Source of the DNA: a virus
DNA: 64,000 nt
Strand: one strand, 5' to 3'
Virus record (IMG/VR): IMGVR_UViG_3300031658_000002
Location: 1 to 64,000 of that record
A model generated the notes under the pieces. The model was not told the origin of the DNA. It saw only the letters and a list, made by a program, of their open reading frames with translations, and searched no databases. Positions within the stretch are counted from its first letter, which is position 1. Each line of letters starts with the position of its first letter. The translations under genes were made by a program, and so were the position numbers. Positions 47,550 to 57,579 of the stretch are shown here, in pieces.

Positions 47550-47990
47550 TTAAAGCTTTATCTCGTTTATTTTCTTTTCAGTGTCATCTGTAAATCTAAC
47601 CCTAGCAAATCTTCTAGGGCCTATACAGTCGTTATAAAAGTCGTCTTTAACTGACACGTGGTATCTATGATGTATATTTTCTTCTAAGTAGTTTACTTGT
47701 CCTTTGGTTTCCCCTATTATCAATATTTCAAACTTGAACTTATCTTTACCTAATGTTTCAATATCTTTGTTCAATGATTTTGATGAGCCTGTATATTCTC
47801 TCCAGTTAGAATCTTTTCTGATAATCTTGCGTCTTTTCTTGCCTGCTACTTTGACACGTCTCGTTGTACCAAAGTACTTTCGGCCTATATATTTCTTACC
47901 TGATATTATGTTTGTAATTAAGTAGACAAAACCAAAAAGATCTTCAGGTGCCTCGCTTATAGGCTTTCCTTTATATAACCAATGACTCAT
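47550..47990 (-). CDS. GIY-YIG nuclease family protein
   Basis: FGFVYLITN...GKKYIGRK, SNWREYTGSS, FEIL, YLE, FYN. Confidence 0.85.
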   Translation of the reverse strand: MSHWLYKGKPISEAPEDLFGFVYLITNIISGKKYIGRKYFGTTRRVKVAGKKRRKIIRKDSNWREYTGSSKSLNKDIETLGKDKFKFEILIIGETKGQVNYLEENIHHRYHVSVKDDFYNDCIGPRRFARVRFTDDTEKKINEIKL

Positions 47991-47993
47991 ATT

Positions 47994-49916
47994 TTATGTA
48001 TCGAATGCTACAACAAAAGAAGTGTCGTAGTGAGGGGATTTCTGTATTGGTCTAGAGAGCTTTCCAACTGCCAGTAGTCTAGCTTGGTCATCATATAAAC
48101 CTATTGTTGTGATATATGGGCCCCAGTCTGAAGCAGTTACAAACGTATGGATTGTACTCAGCTTTTTATCGTCGAGAAGAGTAGGATTCATAGTGAAGCC
48201 ATACTCCTTTTCTTTTATGTGACAATTATATTCATGTTCTATTATTGTATGTGTATTTCTAAAAGACATAGTACATTCTGAAAATATACTGCCGTTTGCA
48301 CTTGTATAATTCTCTTCAGGTGCCGTGAATGTAATTAGACCATGATTGTAAAATACGTTACCTACCTTGTTTTCAAATGAAGGGTTAGCCTGCACAAAGT
48401 TAACTTCTTTTACAGCTAAATTATCTTGGAATATCATTATCTGGCTTATGCCGCCTTTGAATTGATTTTTATATTCAGTAGTATCTTTATATTTTCTAGA
48501 ATACATAGCGTCAGTTGACTGTCTTCTATACTTTGTTCCTGGATCCCAAGGTCTCGCACCTATAACTAAGTCAGCTTTATTATATGTAGAACCTGAGGGC
48601 ATTGTTGCTGAAGACTGGAGTGACCCATCTACATAAAAATAAATGTGGCTGCCTGATTTTGTAAGTACTATATTGTTAAAGGCCGTGGACTGACTTACTA
48701 CATGAGGGCTGTTTAAGTATACTGTTTGGTGGCCGTTACTCACAGCTGCTTGGTATGTCCCTGCATTTCCTATAGAAACACTACCTGAGTTTGCTCCTTT
48801 TGATCCTTCAGAATTAACATATCTTATAGAAAATGGAAACGCACCTTCATTGTGAGGGTCGTGTTTAGAAATTATATAGTTGTGGTGTTGGTGATTAGAT
48901 CCGTCTGCGCTTGCTGTAACTTGGAAGCGTGAAGCTGATACTCTTACATATACCGAAAAGTCATCTGCTATAGTGTTATCTTTTAGTCTCGCTGTTCTGA
49001 AGTCAAATTGGTGTCTGTCTTTTATAACTAACATACTAGATTTTTCTTTGTTCAATCTAGATCTTGTAGTTTCAGGGCGTATACCATCAAGCTCTATAAA
49101 TGTCATCTCAGCTGCTGATGAGGTTCTAGGCTTAAAGTTGTGACCTTCTACTCTGTTTGGATATGGAGACCGTTCAAAAAATCTTGTCTTGTTTTTTAAA
49201 TCATAGTATTCCTTACCTTTGTCTCGATAATAACTACTACTTGCAAGTGCGTTTATACTGTGTGCACTGGTCTTTTTACCTGCTGTGTTATACATATCTG
49301 TAAAGTTCATTGAGAATAAACTTTTTGATGTGTAGCTTATAGTTTCGCCTGGCACATCTAGATATAGAGAAGAATCTATCAAGTTACCAAACGTGTCATC
49401 AACAAGAGTTGTACTACCAGAAATTATAGATACAGAGCCTTTTTTAATAGACTCACCAAACATTTTCTGAGGGATTGATATTATACCTGCTGATTTACCT
49501 AGTGCTCTTATTTCTTTTTCATAGCCATTATTATCTAATGTCCAACAAGGATCATCTGGATTTGTATAATACATTCCCTGTATAGAGTCGTGTAAACTTC
49601 TTTTGAAATATCCGTTAGTAGTTACCGGGTGGAGTGATGGTGTTACAACTTGTAAATAAGAACCCATTTCGCTTGCAAGAAACTGAGTATCGTCGAACAC
49701 TGTATCATAAGCAAACACGCTCAGAGATACTATTCGTATATCCTGAGGGTTATGTTGAGATGATGTTTGCCAATGGTCAATTATCTTATACTGTTCGTAG
49801 TGCTTTTCGTAATAACTACCAGTATAATTAGAAATGGTAAACTTATATTCTTTATGTGCCTCGAACGGAGTAAATTGTATATCGTCCTTTCGAAACTTCT
49901 TAAATATACCAGACAT
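47994..49916 (-). CDS. Baseplate/tail-collar-type structural protein with LamG/ConA-like domain
   Basis: LTKSGSHIYFYVDG...LVIGA...FKGGISQIMIF LamG pattern; C-terminal PYITTIGLYDDQARLLAVGKLSRP. Confidence 0.7.
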   Translation of the reverse strand: MSGIFKKFRKDDIQFTPFEAHKEYKFTISNYTGSYYEKHYEQYKIIDHWQTSSQHNPQDIRIVSLSVFAYDTVFDDTQFLASEMGSYLQVVTPSLHPVTTNGYFKRSLHDSIQGMYYTNPDDPCWTLDNNGYEKEIRALGKSAGIISIPQKMFGESIKKGSVSIISGSTTLVDDTFGNLIDSSLYLDVPGETISYTSKSLFSMNFTDMYNTAGKKTSAHSINALASSSYYRDKGKEYYDLKNKTRFFERSPYPNRVEGHNFKPRTSSAAEMTFIELDGIRPETTRSRLNKEKSSMLVIKDRHQFDFRTARLKDNTIADDFSVYVRVSASRFQVTASADGSNHQHHNYIISKHDPHNEGAFPFSIRYVNSEGSKGANSGSVSIGNAGTYQAAVSNGHQTVYLNSPHVVSQSTAFNNIVLTKSGSHIYFYVDGSLQSSATMPSGSTYNKADLVIGARPWDPGTKYRRQSTDAMYSRKYKDTTEYKNQFKGGISQIMIFQDNLAVKEVNFVQANPSFENKVGNVFYNHGLITFTAPEENYTSANGSIFSECTMSFRNTHTIIEHEYNCHIKEKEYGFTMNPTLLDDKKLSTIHTFVTASDWGPYITTIGLYDDQARLLAVGKLSRPIQKSPHYDTSFVVAFDT

Positions 49917-49931
49917 GTTATACTCCTATTT

Positions 49932-51155
49932 TTAGAACTCTAATTTAATTCGGATCAGTGCTTCTCGTGTAAATGATTTTAACAACGGCTTGCTTAACTT
50001 TGCAGTTGCTAACAATTCGTTTTTATCGTTGTACATTCCAACAGTAGTAATGTATACTTTAGGATCTTTATACATTGAAGGGTGTGAAAATGTCCCTTGA
50101 GATCCAGAAGTAAACGTAGGATTATTTGAGAAGTTATATTCAGCATTTTTTAACCTACAGAAGTAATGTGTTGCAAACACTCTTTCAGAACTACGAGCAG
50201 CAAACGAATTAGATACCTGTCCTTGCGGTACTGTTGTGTTTGATGATGTGAAGAAACCTACAACTTGGTTTAATGTAGCATTTGCATTTGACGCACCTAT
50301 ATTACCACCTTGTCCAGGACACCAGCAGTAATTTGTCTCATCTATATCTTGACTTAAAAGTCTAGGTGATAACATTATCACACCCATATCTGGATAAAAC
50401 CATCCGTATTGAGGTGAACTTGGTATTATCGCTCCAGTGTCTGTTGTGATACCTATTGATCCAGAAACTACTTTGTAAAGTGCACCAAAGTCTCCTTTTG
50501 TTGCTTGATTTGCAGAGCTGTCGTCTGTAAGTGTTATGTTAGAACCTACAGTTGGATTTGGTGAATGTCCTTTATGTATATTGGAACTTGAAATTGTAAT
50601 AGCCCAATTTCCTGGATCTATTCTTTCTTTAAATCTTTGTCTATTTACATTTATGAAAATAGAAGATGTTTCGTTTACCGAGCCTATAGTAAACTGCTCA
50701 TCACCTGCTGACAAAAGTAAATTTGCATATTGAGAGTATATAGTCTTTGTAGGTGTCTTACCAGCACTAGCATATTGACTTATAGGTGCTGAACCAGAAC
50801 CATGATAATGGCCGTACGCTATTGCAAACTGAGGTTCAGCTGATGCTGTAAGTTGTGGGTTATCTCTATAGAATTCTTTATAATATACTCCTGATGCTGC
50901 GTCTTGGACTGATGATGTGAATAACTCGTTATCCCCCATTTTCATTTCGCCGTCGTTGTTACTCCACATTGCTGATGTTATAACATCTGCCTGAGCATTT
51001 TCTACTATATCCCCGCCTTCAAATCTAGTAAATAGTGGTGTAATTGGTCTTCTATAAGGCCTTGATATTCTTCGGTCGCTTCTACCTACTCTCGTCGAGT
51101 AATTCCTAGATAGTGCGCCTTCTCTGTTAAAACGTGGTGATTTTGAGTGTGCCAT
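49932..51155 (-). CDS. Baseplate/tail-collar-type structural protein sharing its C-terminus with 47994-49916
   Basis: VYITTVGMYNDKNELLATAKLSKP; EYNFSNNPT vs EYGFTMNPT; GWFYPDMG vs GNVFYNHG. Confidence 0.65.
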   Translation of the reverse strand: MAHSKSPRFNREGALSRNYSTRVGRSDRRISRPYRRPITPLFTRFEGGDIVENAQADVITSAMWSNNDGEMKMGDNELFTSSVQDAASGVYYKEFYRDNPQLTASAEPQFAIAYGHYHGSGSAPISQYASAGKTPTKTIYSQYANLLLSAGDEQFTIGSVNETSSIFINVNRQRFKERIDPGNWAITISSSNIHKGHSPNPTVGSNITLTDDSSANQATKGDFGALYKVVSGSIGITTDTGAIIPSSPQYGWFYPDMGVIMLSPRLLSQDIDETNYCWCPGQGGNIGASNANATLNQVVGFFTSSNTTVPQGQVSNSFAARSSERVFATHYFCRLKNAEYNFSNNPTFTSGSQGTFSHPSMYKDPKVYITTVGMYNDKNELLATAKLSKPLLKSFTREALIRIKLEF

Positions 51156-51168
51156 TTTTTATTCCCTG

Positions 51169-51846
51169 TTATTGTTCGAAGTAGTAATCTTCAACTAAGT
51201 TAGTCGCAGTAGCTTCCTTCTTAACAGTGATGTTAATAGTAATATAACCACCTGTTTCGTTTCCAATTAAAGTTAATGTAGTTGTTACGTCTGCAGTTGG
51301 TTGAGGTTTTGCAACTATTTCAAATCTTGTACCTATTGATGTCACAGAATTTCCTGTGTCGCCTATATAGTCTGCTGTTGTTGGTGCACCTGAAGTGTTT
51401 ACTCTACCGCCTGGAGCTACATTAAGATAACATGCATCTGAGTTAGCTAATATTGCAGTGTATCCGTAAGTCTTGTTGCCGTTTGCAAAGTTTGCAGTGT
51501 TAGGCGTTATAGGTGCCTTATCGCCACCGTATGTTAATGTTATATCAGTAATACCTACAGTTACAGTTGGCATTCTTGAAATGTTTTTAGGTAATGTAAC
51601 TAACTTATGTTTCATAACATAGTTTTCGTTAGGTACTGCTTCTACTAACGGCATAGCTTCAATAGCTTGCCCATAATAATTAGTACCTAGCTGGTGGTTC
51701 ACATCCCATAAACCGTAGTCTACTTCGTCATCTGCTAATGCAAATTGAGTTATGTTAAAAAACTCACTTCCTTTAGCTAGCAACTCCCTACCTTTTTTGG
51801 TAAGAATCGCATCGACTGTTATTGTTGTTTTATCTAAATATCCCAT
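51169..51846 (-). CDS. Baseplate structural protein
   Basis: VDAILTKKGRELLA...ITQFALADDEVDY resembles the N-terminus of tail-collar/P2 gpH-type domains. Confidence 0.6.
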   Translation of the reverse strand: MGYLDKTTITVDAILTKKGRELLAKGSEFFNITQFALADDEVDYGLWDVNHQLGTNYYGQAIEAMPLVEAVPNENYVMKHKLVTLPKNISRMPTVTVGITDITLTYGGDKAPITPNTANFANGNKTYGYTAILANSDACYLNVAPGGRVNTSGAPTTADYIGDTGNSVTSIGTRFEIVAKPQPTADVTTTLTLIGNETGGYITINITVKKEATATNLVEDYYFEQ

Positions 51847-51876
51847 ATTTGTTTACTCCAAATCTTTTTTATTATA

Positions 51877-51884
51877 TATAAATA
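51877..51884 (-). promoter_or_regulatory. Putative late promoter motif TATTTATA
   Basis: Upstream of 51846. Confidence 0.6.
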
Positions 51885-51900
51885 TATAGTTCTTTTATTT

Positions 51901-54900
51901 TTATCCTATGTTTCTTGTTGTGTTTACTGCTTGTATAGATCCAGCTCCAGCTGATGGTGAAGAAATTACAAGCTGATTAGGATTTGTATCTGTAAATTCT
52001 ACAACAGGGCCGCCATCTACAGTTGAGGTTACAGGCATGTTAAAGTCTGAACCTACGAGTTTGCAGCCACCGTATAGTATATTATTAGTTGCATTAAGCT
52101 TATAGTCTTGATGTTCTGCTATTTTCAAGCTCTTACTTACAGGTCTGATACCTGATCTATAAAAACCATTTGATAGGGCAGATCCTGGATATCCACTCAT
52201 ATAAACAGATGAATGCTTTCCACCAGTAGACGCACTATTCTGCATATTGTTTTTAACTGCGAAGTAATGGTATTCGTATTCCATTGCTGTTCTTGAGTGT
52301 TTCTGATGGTGATAATACTTTATATTACCTCTGTCGTTAAACTTAGCAACTTGAGTTGATCTCTGGCTGTGTCCATAACTAGGGTGGTCAAATGCCGAAG
52401 CGCTTGTTTTGAAATTAACAGATGATAATGATGGAAGTGGGTGGTGAGTATGCTCAAGGTTTGTTTTAAGGAAAAAATGTCCTTTTGCTTCTGCAGCACC
52501 TACATTTAGTAAAAAGTCTCCAGCATTTTCGTAACTTGCCCCACCTTGTATTACACTGGCTGATGGGTTGTTTTCGTATGTTCCTGGAACAGTGATTCCC
52601 GAACCATTAACGCTAAACTGTTTATACCAAACCATGTTATCCCAGTAATATCTTGAACCGTCAACATCTAAATCTTGTCCGAAGTGCTTTCTAGTATCTA
52701 TAGATATCTCTAACTCTCCAGCTGATTGTTCTGAGCCAGAAAGATAACCTGTATGTGATTGTAACGCATCGCCTATTTCCCATTTGTTGTTTTTAGGGTT
52801 AAGCCACTTATGATATTCACCTCCTAGCACACCTGTGTTTGCAGTTGTTTTGTAGTTGCTGAAGTCTAAAGTTCCTTCGTAGTGATTTTCTTCTACTGAC
52901 TCTTGTAAGTTTGCAACCTTTGGTTTTTCTAGTAAGTTACCTTTTACAAGTAATCCTATTTGTGCGTTTGCTCTTGCAGGTACAAGGTGCTCTATCTGTT
53001 TAAACAGAGTGTGGTCTATATACCTTAATATTTTCAAATATTCAAAGAAATTGTATGGATTTGTATGCTTCTTCCAATAATGATTTCTAAGAAACCTAAG
53101 TCTCTTGTATTCATCATCTCTATAATCTAATGGGTTACCTACGTAATTATGAAAGTCAGCACCACCTAGTTCATGAGCTATATCTAAGTCTATTTCAAAG
53201 TGAGGTGCAAAATATACACCAAGTCTATTAGAATCCAACGGAGCTGAATCAAACTGTGACCTTTCAACTTTTCTTCTATCATTTAATCTACCTAGTAGTG
53301 TAGAGCTTTCTATTCTTATCTTATCGCTTATTGCTCTAGTGCTAACCAAGTCAGGCATTGCTGTATAATGTCTTTCTTCTTGTGTTGACCAGTCGTTAAA
53401 TAAGTTACCTGAGAATCCAGACGCTGTAGCATTTGTAAGATGCTGTTCCCACCAAGGTGTCCCGCCATGATGCAATGTATTTATAGCTTCGCCTATATTT
53501 GGACCTACCCATCTATGATTTGCTTGCTGTGCTGAAGATGATAGCACTACATTTCCACTGTGCCATGAGCCATCGTTGAATTGATTTGCGCCTGCTCGGT
53601 TTAGATCTACACCTAATGAATATCTCTGGGAAAGCTGAGCAAATGAAGACGTTGCGCTGTTACCTTCTATGGAAAGTGGGGCCCGTACATGATTCCAAAA
53701 GGGTGCAGGGTCGCTACTTGTCATATTGTGACTTATGTGACTTGGGTTCCAGTTATCAAATGCATCCTGGTTACCTGGTATATACCATGTTCTTATTTCC
53801 TGCAGCGAACCTGTGAATGGTGTTTGTGTACCTGCCTGCAGCGGGCAGTTTAGTGTATATTTAGTTCCAAAGTCTATGTCGTTAGGTGCTTGCCACCCTG
53901 CTTCCTCTGCAGCAATAGATATAGCTACAGAACTTGTGTGTGTTATTCTTGCTTTTGAGTGATCAGGAGATTTTGCAACAGTAACTATTATTCTTTGAGC
54001 GCCAGTCATAGTAGCTGCAGATGGCCGCTTTACATTTGCCCTTGATACCATAACTGACCACCAGTCGTTGTCATATAAAGGAAGCCAATCAGTACTACCA
54101 GAAACTTGGTTAGCATAGTTGTTTGCTGCTGTGTTTTCTCTAGATGTATATAGCAACTTGCCATATTTTGAAAAACCAGAAGTAGGTTTTAAAGCGTTTG
54201 GATGTGGTACTATACTCAATTGGTTGTACATTTGGCCAGAGCTTTGAAAATTCGAAATATATAAAGATTGAGTCGTTATTGTATTAGTATTGAATCGAAA
54301 CTCAAGTGCATCAGGACTTCTGTCTTCAACATTGTCTGGCTGCATTGGGTGGAGTGGGGTTAAATCTGGCCATTTGATATGTAAGTTTGAGCCAGCGCTG
54401 CCAGCCTCACCAAATTCTAAAGCATATGAGAATTTATCGTATGCAGCATAAGAATCTGTTTTCTTTGCCTTTTTAGGGCCGCCGTATTCAAATATTCTCA
54501 ATAGTGTAGGAGGTAGACCATAAGTAGTTGTAAGTGCACGAATACCTCTTTCACCTCCCTTTGTTTTAAGCAGATAAGGAAGATTATTAAGCATACGTTT
54601 CCAAGTTTCTCTTGAAAGATCTTCCCTTGATGTTAAAGCATCACCTTGAGACACAGAAGATGTAACATATTGTACTGATCCAGTTGTGGGCATACCGTTA
54701 GATAATTGAGCAGCTATACTGGAGCCTGGTGTTACTATTGAAAAAGTAGGTTGAGTGTTTGCGTTAGTACCATCCATGTTTTGGCCAAATGAATATTCCC
54801 AAAGATCTGTAAATTGAAAACCTTGATATGATTCGAATCCAAAAGAAGACAGCACATTGTATACTAAGTCTTTTGAGAGATCTTCGTAAAGAGGGTTACT

Positions 54901-56268
54901 CCTTTTGTGTATCTGCATTGTCCCATCTATATAATTGTATACAGTGTCAAAGTGATGAGCTATCATATTTACAAATAGTAAATAATTTGCGTTGTCATCA
55001 CCGTCTCCTGCTTCCCTTATATGAAACGGTATTGTATTTTCTAAATTGTGTGGATTATGTACATCATAGTCTAATGCTACATTCGATTGAGATGCGAACC
55101 ATGCAACTGATATAGAATCAGCTACTGGTCTATTTGTGTAAGGCTGTACTGTCCCTGTCTTGGGCCAAGTTCTCTCGTGTCTTACTCCATTTGATGTAGA
55201 AGAGTATGAAGACGACTCAAAGTATAAATAACTTTCATATCCATCAAACCCCTGAACAACCTCTTCCTTCTTTATACTGTAATTTGATCTATTCTTATCA
55301 ACATATACACCCGCATTTGTCATTGCGTCTAATGAAGCTATCTGAGTATTATAATGTTCTACTAACCCTAATTTATATTTGAAATTCTCAAGTCTTTCTT
55401 TGGCAGAGCTAAAATGTACAAATTTGCTGAAGTCGTTATAATCTATGTTTAGATGTGCAGACTCTCCTGCTGATCCAGAAGTAAACTTGTTCATTAACTT
55501 CTGTTTCGCTACTGCATTTGTTCCCAACAAAGAATCCCAAGTTTCCCATCCTGTGGCACCACCTGCACCTTTGGATATATCTACTGAGAAGTTAGGGCCA
55601 GCTATCTCGCTACCTTCTTTCTGTCTTTCTGCTGGTATGAGCTTTATTACTTCTGTGTGTGAAGTTATAACCTCTTTAACAATCCAAAGTTGCTCTTTTA
55701 ATAATACATCTTTAGGTAAAGGCTCATATAACTTTAACAGTATACCGTCTTCACCATCATCTTGCCAGTTTGTTATAAGTACAACAGTATTGTTACCAAA
55801 GTTAGCTAATAAATCCTGCCAGCCTTCATCTACAAAATCATCTACGTTTTTTTCCTGTAGTTCTTCAAACTTTCTTATAAACTCTTCGTCTTGAGAAGTA
55901 GTTTTTATTCTAACCTCAGTTCTTGATGGAGATATTTCAGATACGTGCAGTCCATTATTTGTGTTCCACGAACCTAGTATATCTCTAAAGAAATTGTAGT
56001 GTACTTTATATAAACCTGATGAGAAACCTAGCTGACGTATATCATTGTGTATGTCAAGCTCTATTCTAGGTCTTTTTCTCTTTCGGCCTTTGCTTATATA
56101 TTTGTCTATTACAAAACCGTCTACATCATAATCCGAAGATAACAATGTCTTACCGCCGTATACATGTAGCTCTACTAAATCAATATCTCCTTCGCCAAAG
56201 TTTGTAAATATCTTTTTAGAAGGGATATTCTGTAAGTGTTTTATGTCGTACCTTTCAATTCTATCCAT
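51901..56268 (-). CDS. Large baseplate wedge protein (gp7/P2 gpI-like segment)
   Basis: WKRMLNNLPYLLKTKGGERGIRAL...YG...LRIFEYGG; 1455 aa within the baseplate cluster. Confidence 0.6.
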   Translation of the reverse strand: MDRIERYDIKHLQNIPSKKIFTNFGEGDIDLVELHVYGGKTLLSSDYDVDGFVIDKYISKGRKRKRPRIELDIHNDIRQLGFSSGLYKVHYNFFRDILGSWNTNNGLHVSEISPSRTEVRIKTTSQDEEFIRKFEELQEKNVDDFVDEGWQDLLANFGNNTVVLITNWQDDGEDGILLKLYEPLPKDVLLKEQLWIVKEVITSHTEVIKLIPAERQKEGSEIAGPNFSVDISKGAGGATGWETWDSLLGTNAVAKQKLMNKFTSGSAGESAHLNIDYNDFSKFVHFSSAKERLENFKYKLGLVEHYNTQIASLDAMTNAGVYVDKNRSNYSIKKEEVVQGFDGYESYLYFESSSYSSTSNGVRHERTWPKTGTVQPYTNRPVADSISVAWFASQSNVALDYDVHNPHNLENTIPFHIREAGDGDDNANYLLFVNMIAHHFDTVYNYIDGTMQIHKRSNPLYEDLSKDLVYNVLSSFGFESYQGFQFTDLWEYSFGQNMDGTNANTQPTFSIVTPGSSIAAQLSNGMPTTGSVQYVTSSVSQGDALTSREDLSRETWKRMLNNLPYLLKTKGGERGIRALTTTYGLPPTLLRIFEYGGPKKAKKTDSYAAYDKFSYALEFGEAGSAGSNLHIKWPDLTPLHPMQPDNVEDRSPDALEFRFNTNTITTQSLYISNFQSSGQMYNQLSIVPHPNALKPTSGFSKYGKLLYTSRENTAANNYANQVSGSTDWLPLYDNDWWSVMVSRANVKRPSAATMTGAQRIIVTVAKSPDHSKARITHTSSVAISIAAEEAGWQAPNDIDFGTKYTLNCPLQAGTQTPFTGSLQEIRTWYIPGNQDAFDNWNPSHISHNMTSSDPAPFWNHVRAPLSIEGNSATSSFAQLSQRYSLGVDLNRAGANQFNDGSWHSGNVVLSSSAQQANHRWVGPNIGEAINTLHHGGTPWWEQHLTNATASGFSGNLFNDWSTQEERHYTAMPDLVSTRAISDKIRIESSTLLGRLNDRRKVERSQFDSAPLDSNRLGVYFAPHFEIDLDIAHELGGADFHNYVGNPLDYRDDEYKRLRFLRNHYWKKHTNPYNFFEYLKILRYIDHTLFKQIEHLVPARANAQIGLLVKGNLLEKPKVANLQESVEENHYEGTLDFSNYKTTANTGVLGGEYHKWLNPKNNKWEIGDALQSHTGYLSGSEQSAGELEISIDTRKHFGQDLDVDGSRYYWDNMVWYKQFSVNGSGITVPGTYENNPSASVIQGGASYENAGDFLLNVGAAEAKGHFFLKTNLEHTHHPLPSLSSVNFKTSASAFDHPSYGHSQRSTQVAKFNDRGNIKYYHHQKHSRTAMEYEYHYFAVKNNMQNSASTGGKHSSVYMSGYPGSALSNGFYRSGIRPVSKSLKIAEHQDYKLNATNNILYGGCKLVGSDFNMPVTSTVDGGPVVEFTDTNPNQLVISSPSAGAGSIQAVNTTRNIG

Positions 56269-56271
56269 TCC

Positions 56272-57579
56272 TTATCCTCTGTATTGTGCTATATTATCGT
56301 TTTTCAAATAGTAAGGATTATTTTGCTTCTTGTTGAATACTTCTACTTGAGAAAAATCTTTTTTGTAGCCCATCTCTTCCCTATGCCTGTAATATTTTTG
56401 AACGTTGAAGAATGATACTATACCGTCAGAATCAGACCAGTATACAATTGAACCGACACTGTATTTCCAATATCCCATCTTTCTACCATACCCTGGATCT
56501 ATAGTATTTCCTTTCATGGAGTTTTCCTTCACCCACTTTATTTTTTCGTTAGTATTCCAAGGTGTTTTTCCAGGTGTTTTGTCAGGGCTAGCAAGATCAG
56601 CTCTTTCATATGCGTTTGCTTGAGAATTATATTGCATAGGAACCCAAGTCTCTTCTTCTAATATATAATCTTTATATGGTCTTAGCTTTGGATGTTTTTT
56701 ATCAAAGTCGGCAGTTGTTTTTATAGGGGCCCATTCAAATCTTCCAAGCGGTATATTGTTTTCAGCACCACCAGTAAGCTCCACGATCCTTCCGTCTCGG
56801 TATACATTAACATAGTGAGGCATAGTTCTAGTTACACCTTTATCATTTGATATTTCGCAATAATATCTACCTGTTGTAAATCTCTGCACGTTGTCTAACA
56901 AAAGCTTTCTTCCTTTTCCAACTATTTTATTCTGTACATCTGTGTTGAAATTACGCTTTGTATCTGCAGAGAAGTACCAAGTATAATTCATCTTGTCTCT
57001 GTTTTTACGGCCTTTTGCATCCTCATAGTTATATGCGTTTGCAACAAAAACTATTATTCCGTTTGCCCAGCTAGATAATACATGTGTTTCTCCTATATTA
57101 TATGCTAGCTTTCTAGCCCCTCGCTTAAACTCATCTGCTTCGTGATATGTTACGTTTTCATATTCAAATTGATCTACAATAGGTAAGCCGTAATTCGGAT
57201 CCTTCTTCTTAAATAGCTCTTTGAATTCAGTATCAGTGTATGCTTCAGATGTGTCTCTATCAAATATAAATCTTGCAGAAGCTAGCTCTAGTTTCCAGTT
57301 ATCTATACCCTCTCTCGATACTACTATACCAGTTTCGCTTCTTTCGTTTTCTTTGTCTATGTCAAATTCGAACTGATCCCTAAGTTCAAAGTTGGCATCG
57401 GAATACAGATCAGAAGACTTTATACTTGTTGCAGATTTTATAGGACTTATCTTTTTAACCTTTACTTGTATCTGTCTTTCTGGTGTCTTTACAAACTCTA
57501 TTTCGGGAAGAGCTTTTTGTATATTTTTTTTAGCATAATATGCTTTACGTGCCGCAGCTTGTCTTTCTACATTTCCCAT
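56272..57579 (-). CDS. Structural protein with Ig-like domain
   Basis: NYTWY...LLLDNV...TGRYYCEISN Ig I-set-like motif. Confidence 0.6.
   Translation of the reverse strand: MGNVERQAAARKAYYAKKNIQKALPEIEFVKTPERQIQVKVKKISPIKSATSIKSSDLYSDANFELRDQFEFDIDKENERSETGIVVSREGIDNWKLELASARFIFDRDTSEAYTDTEFKELFKKKDPNYGLPIVDQFEYENVTYHEADEFKRGARKLAYNIGETHVLSSWANGIIVFVANAYNYEDAKGRKNRDKMNYTWYFSADTKRNFNTDVQNKIVGKGRKLLLDNVQRFTTGRYYCEISNDKGVTRTMPHYVNVYRDGRIVELTGGAENNIPLGRFEWAPIKTTADFDKKHPKLRPYKDYILEEETWVPMQYNSQANAYERADLASPDKTPGKTPWNTNEKIKWVKENSMKGNTIDPGYGRKMGYWKYSVGSIVYWSDSDGIVSFFNVQKYYRHREEMGYKKDFSQVEVFNKKQNNPYYLKNDNIAQYRG

Noticed and set aside
47550-47990. GIY-YIG as an intron-encoded or mobile homing endonuclease
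   Set aside because: Free-standing, short, no obvious C-terminal DNA-binding repeats, and neighbouring genes are uninterrupted
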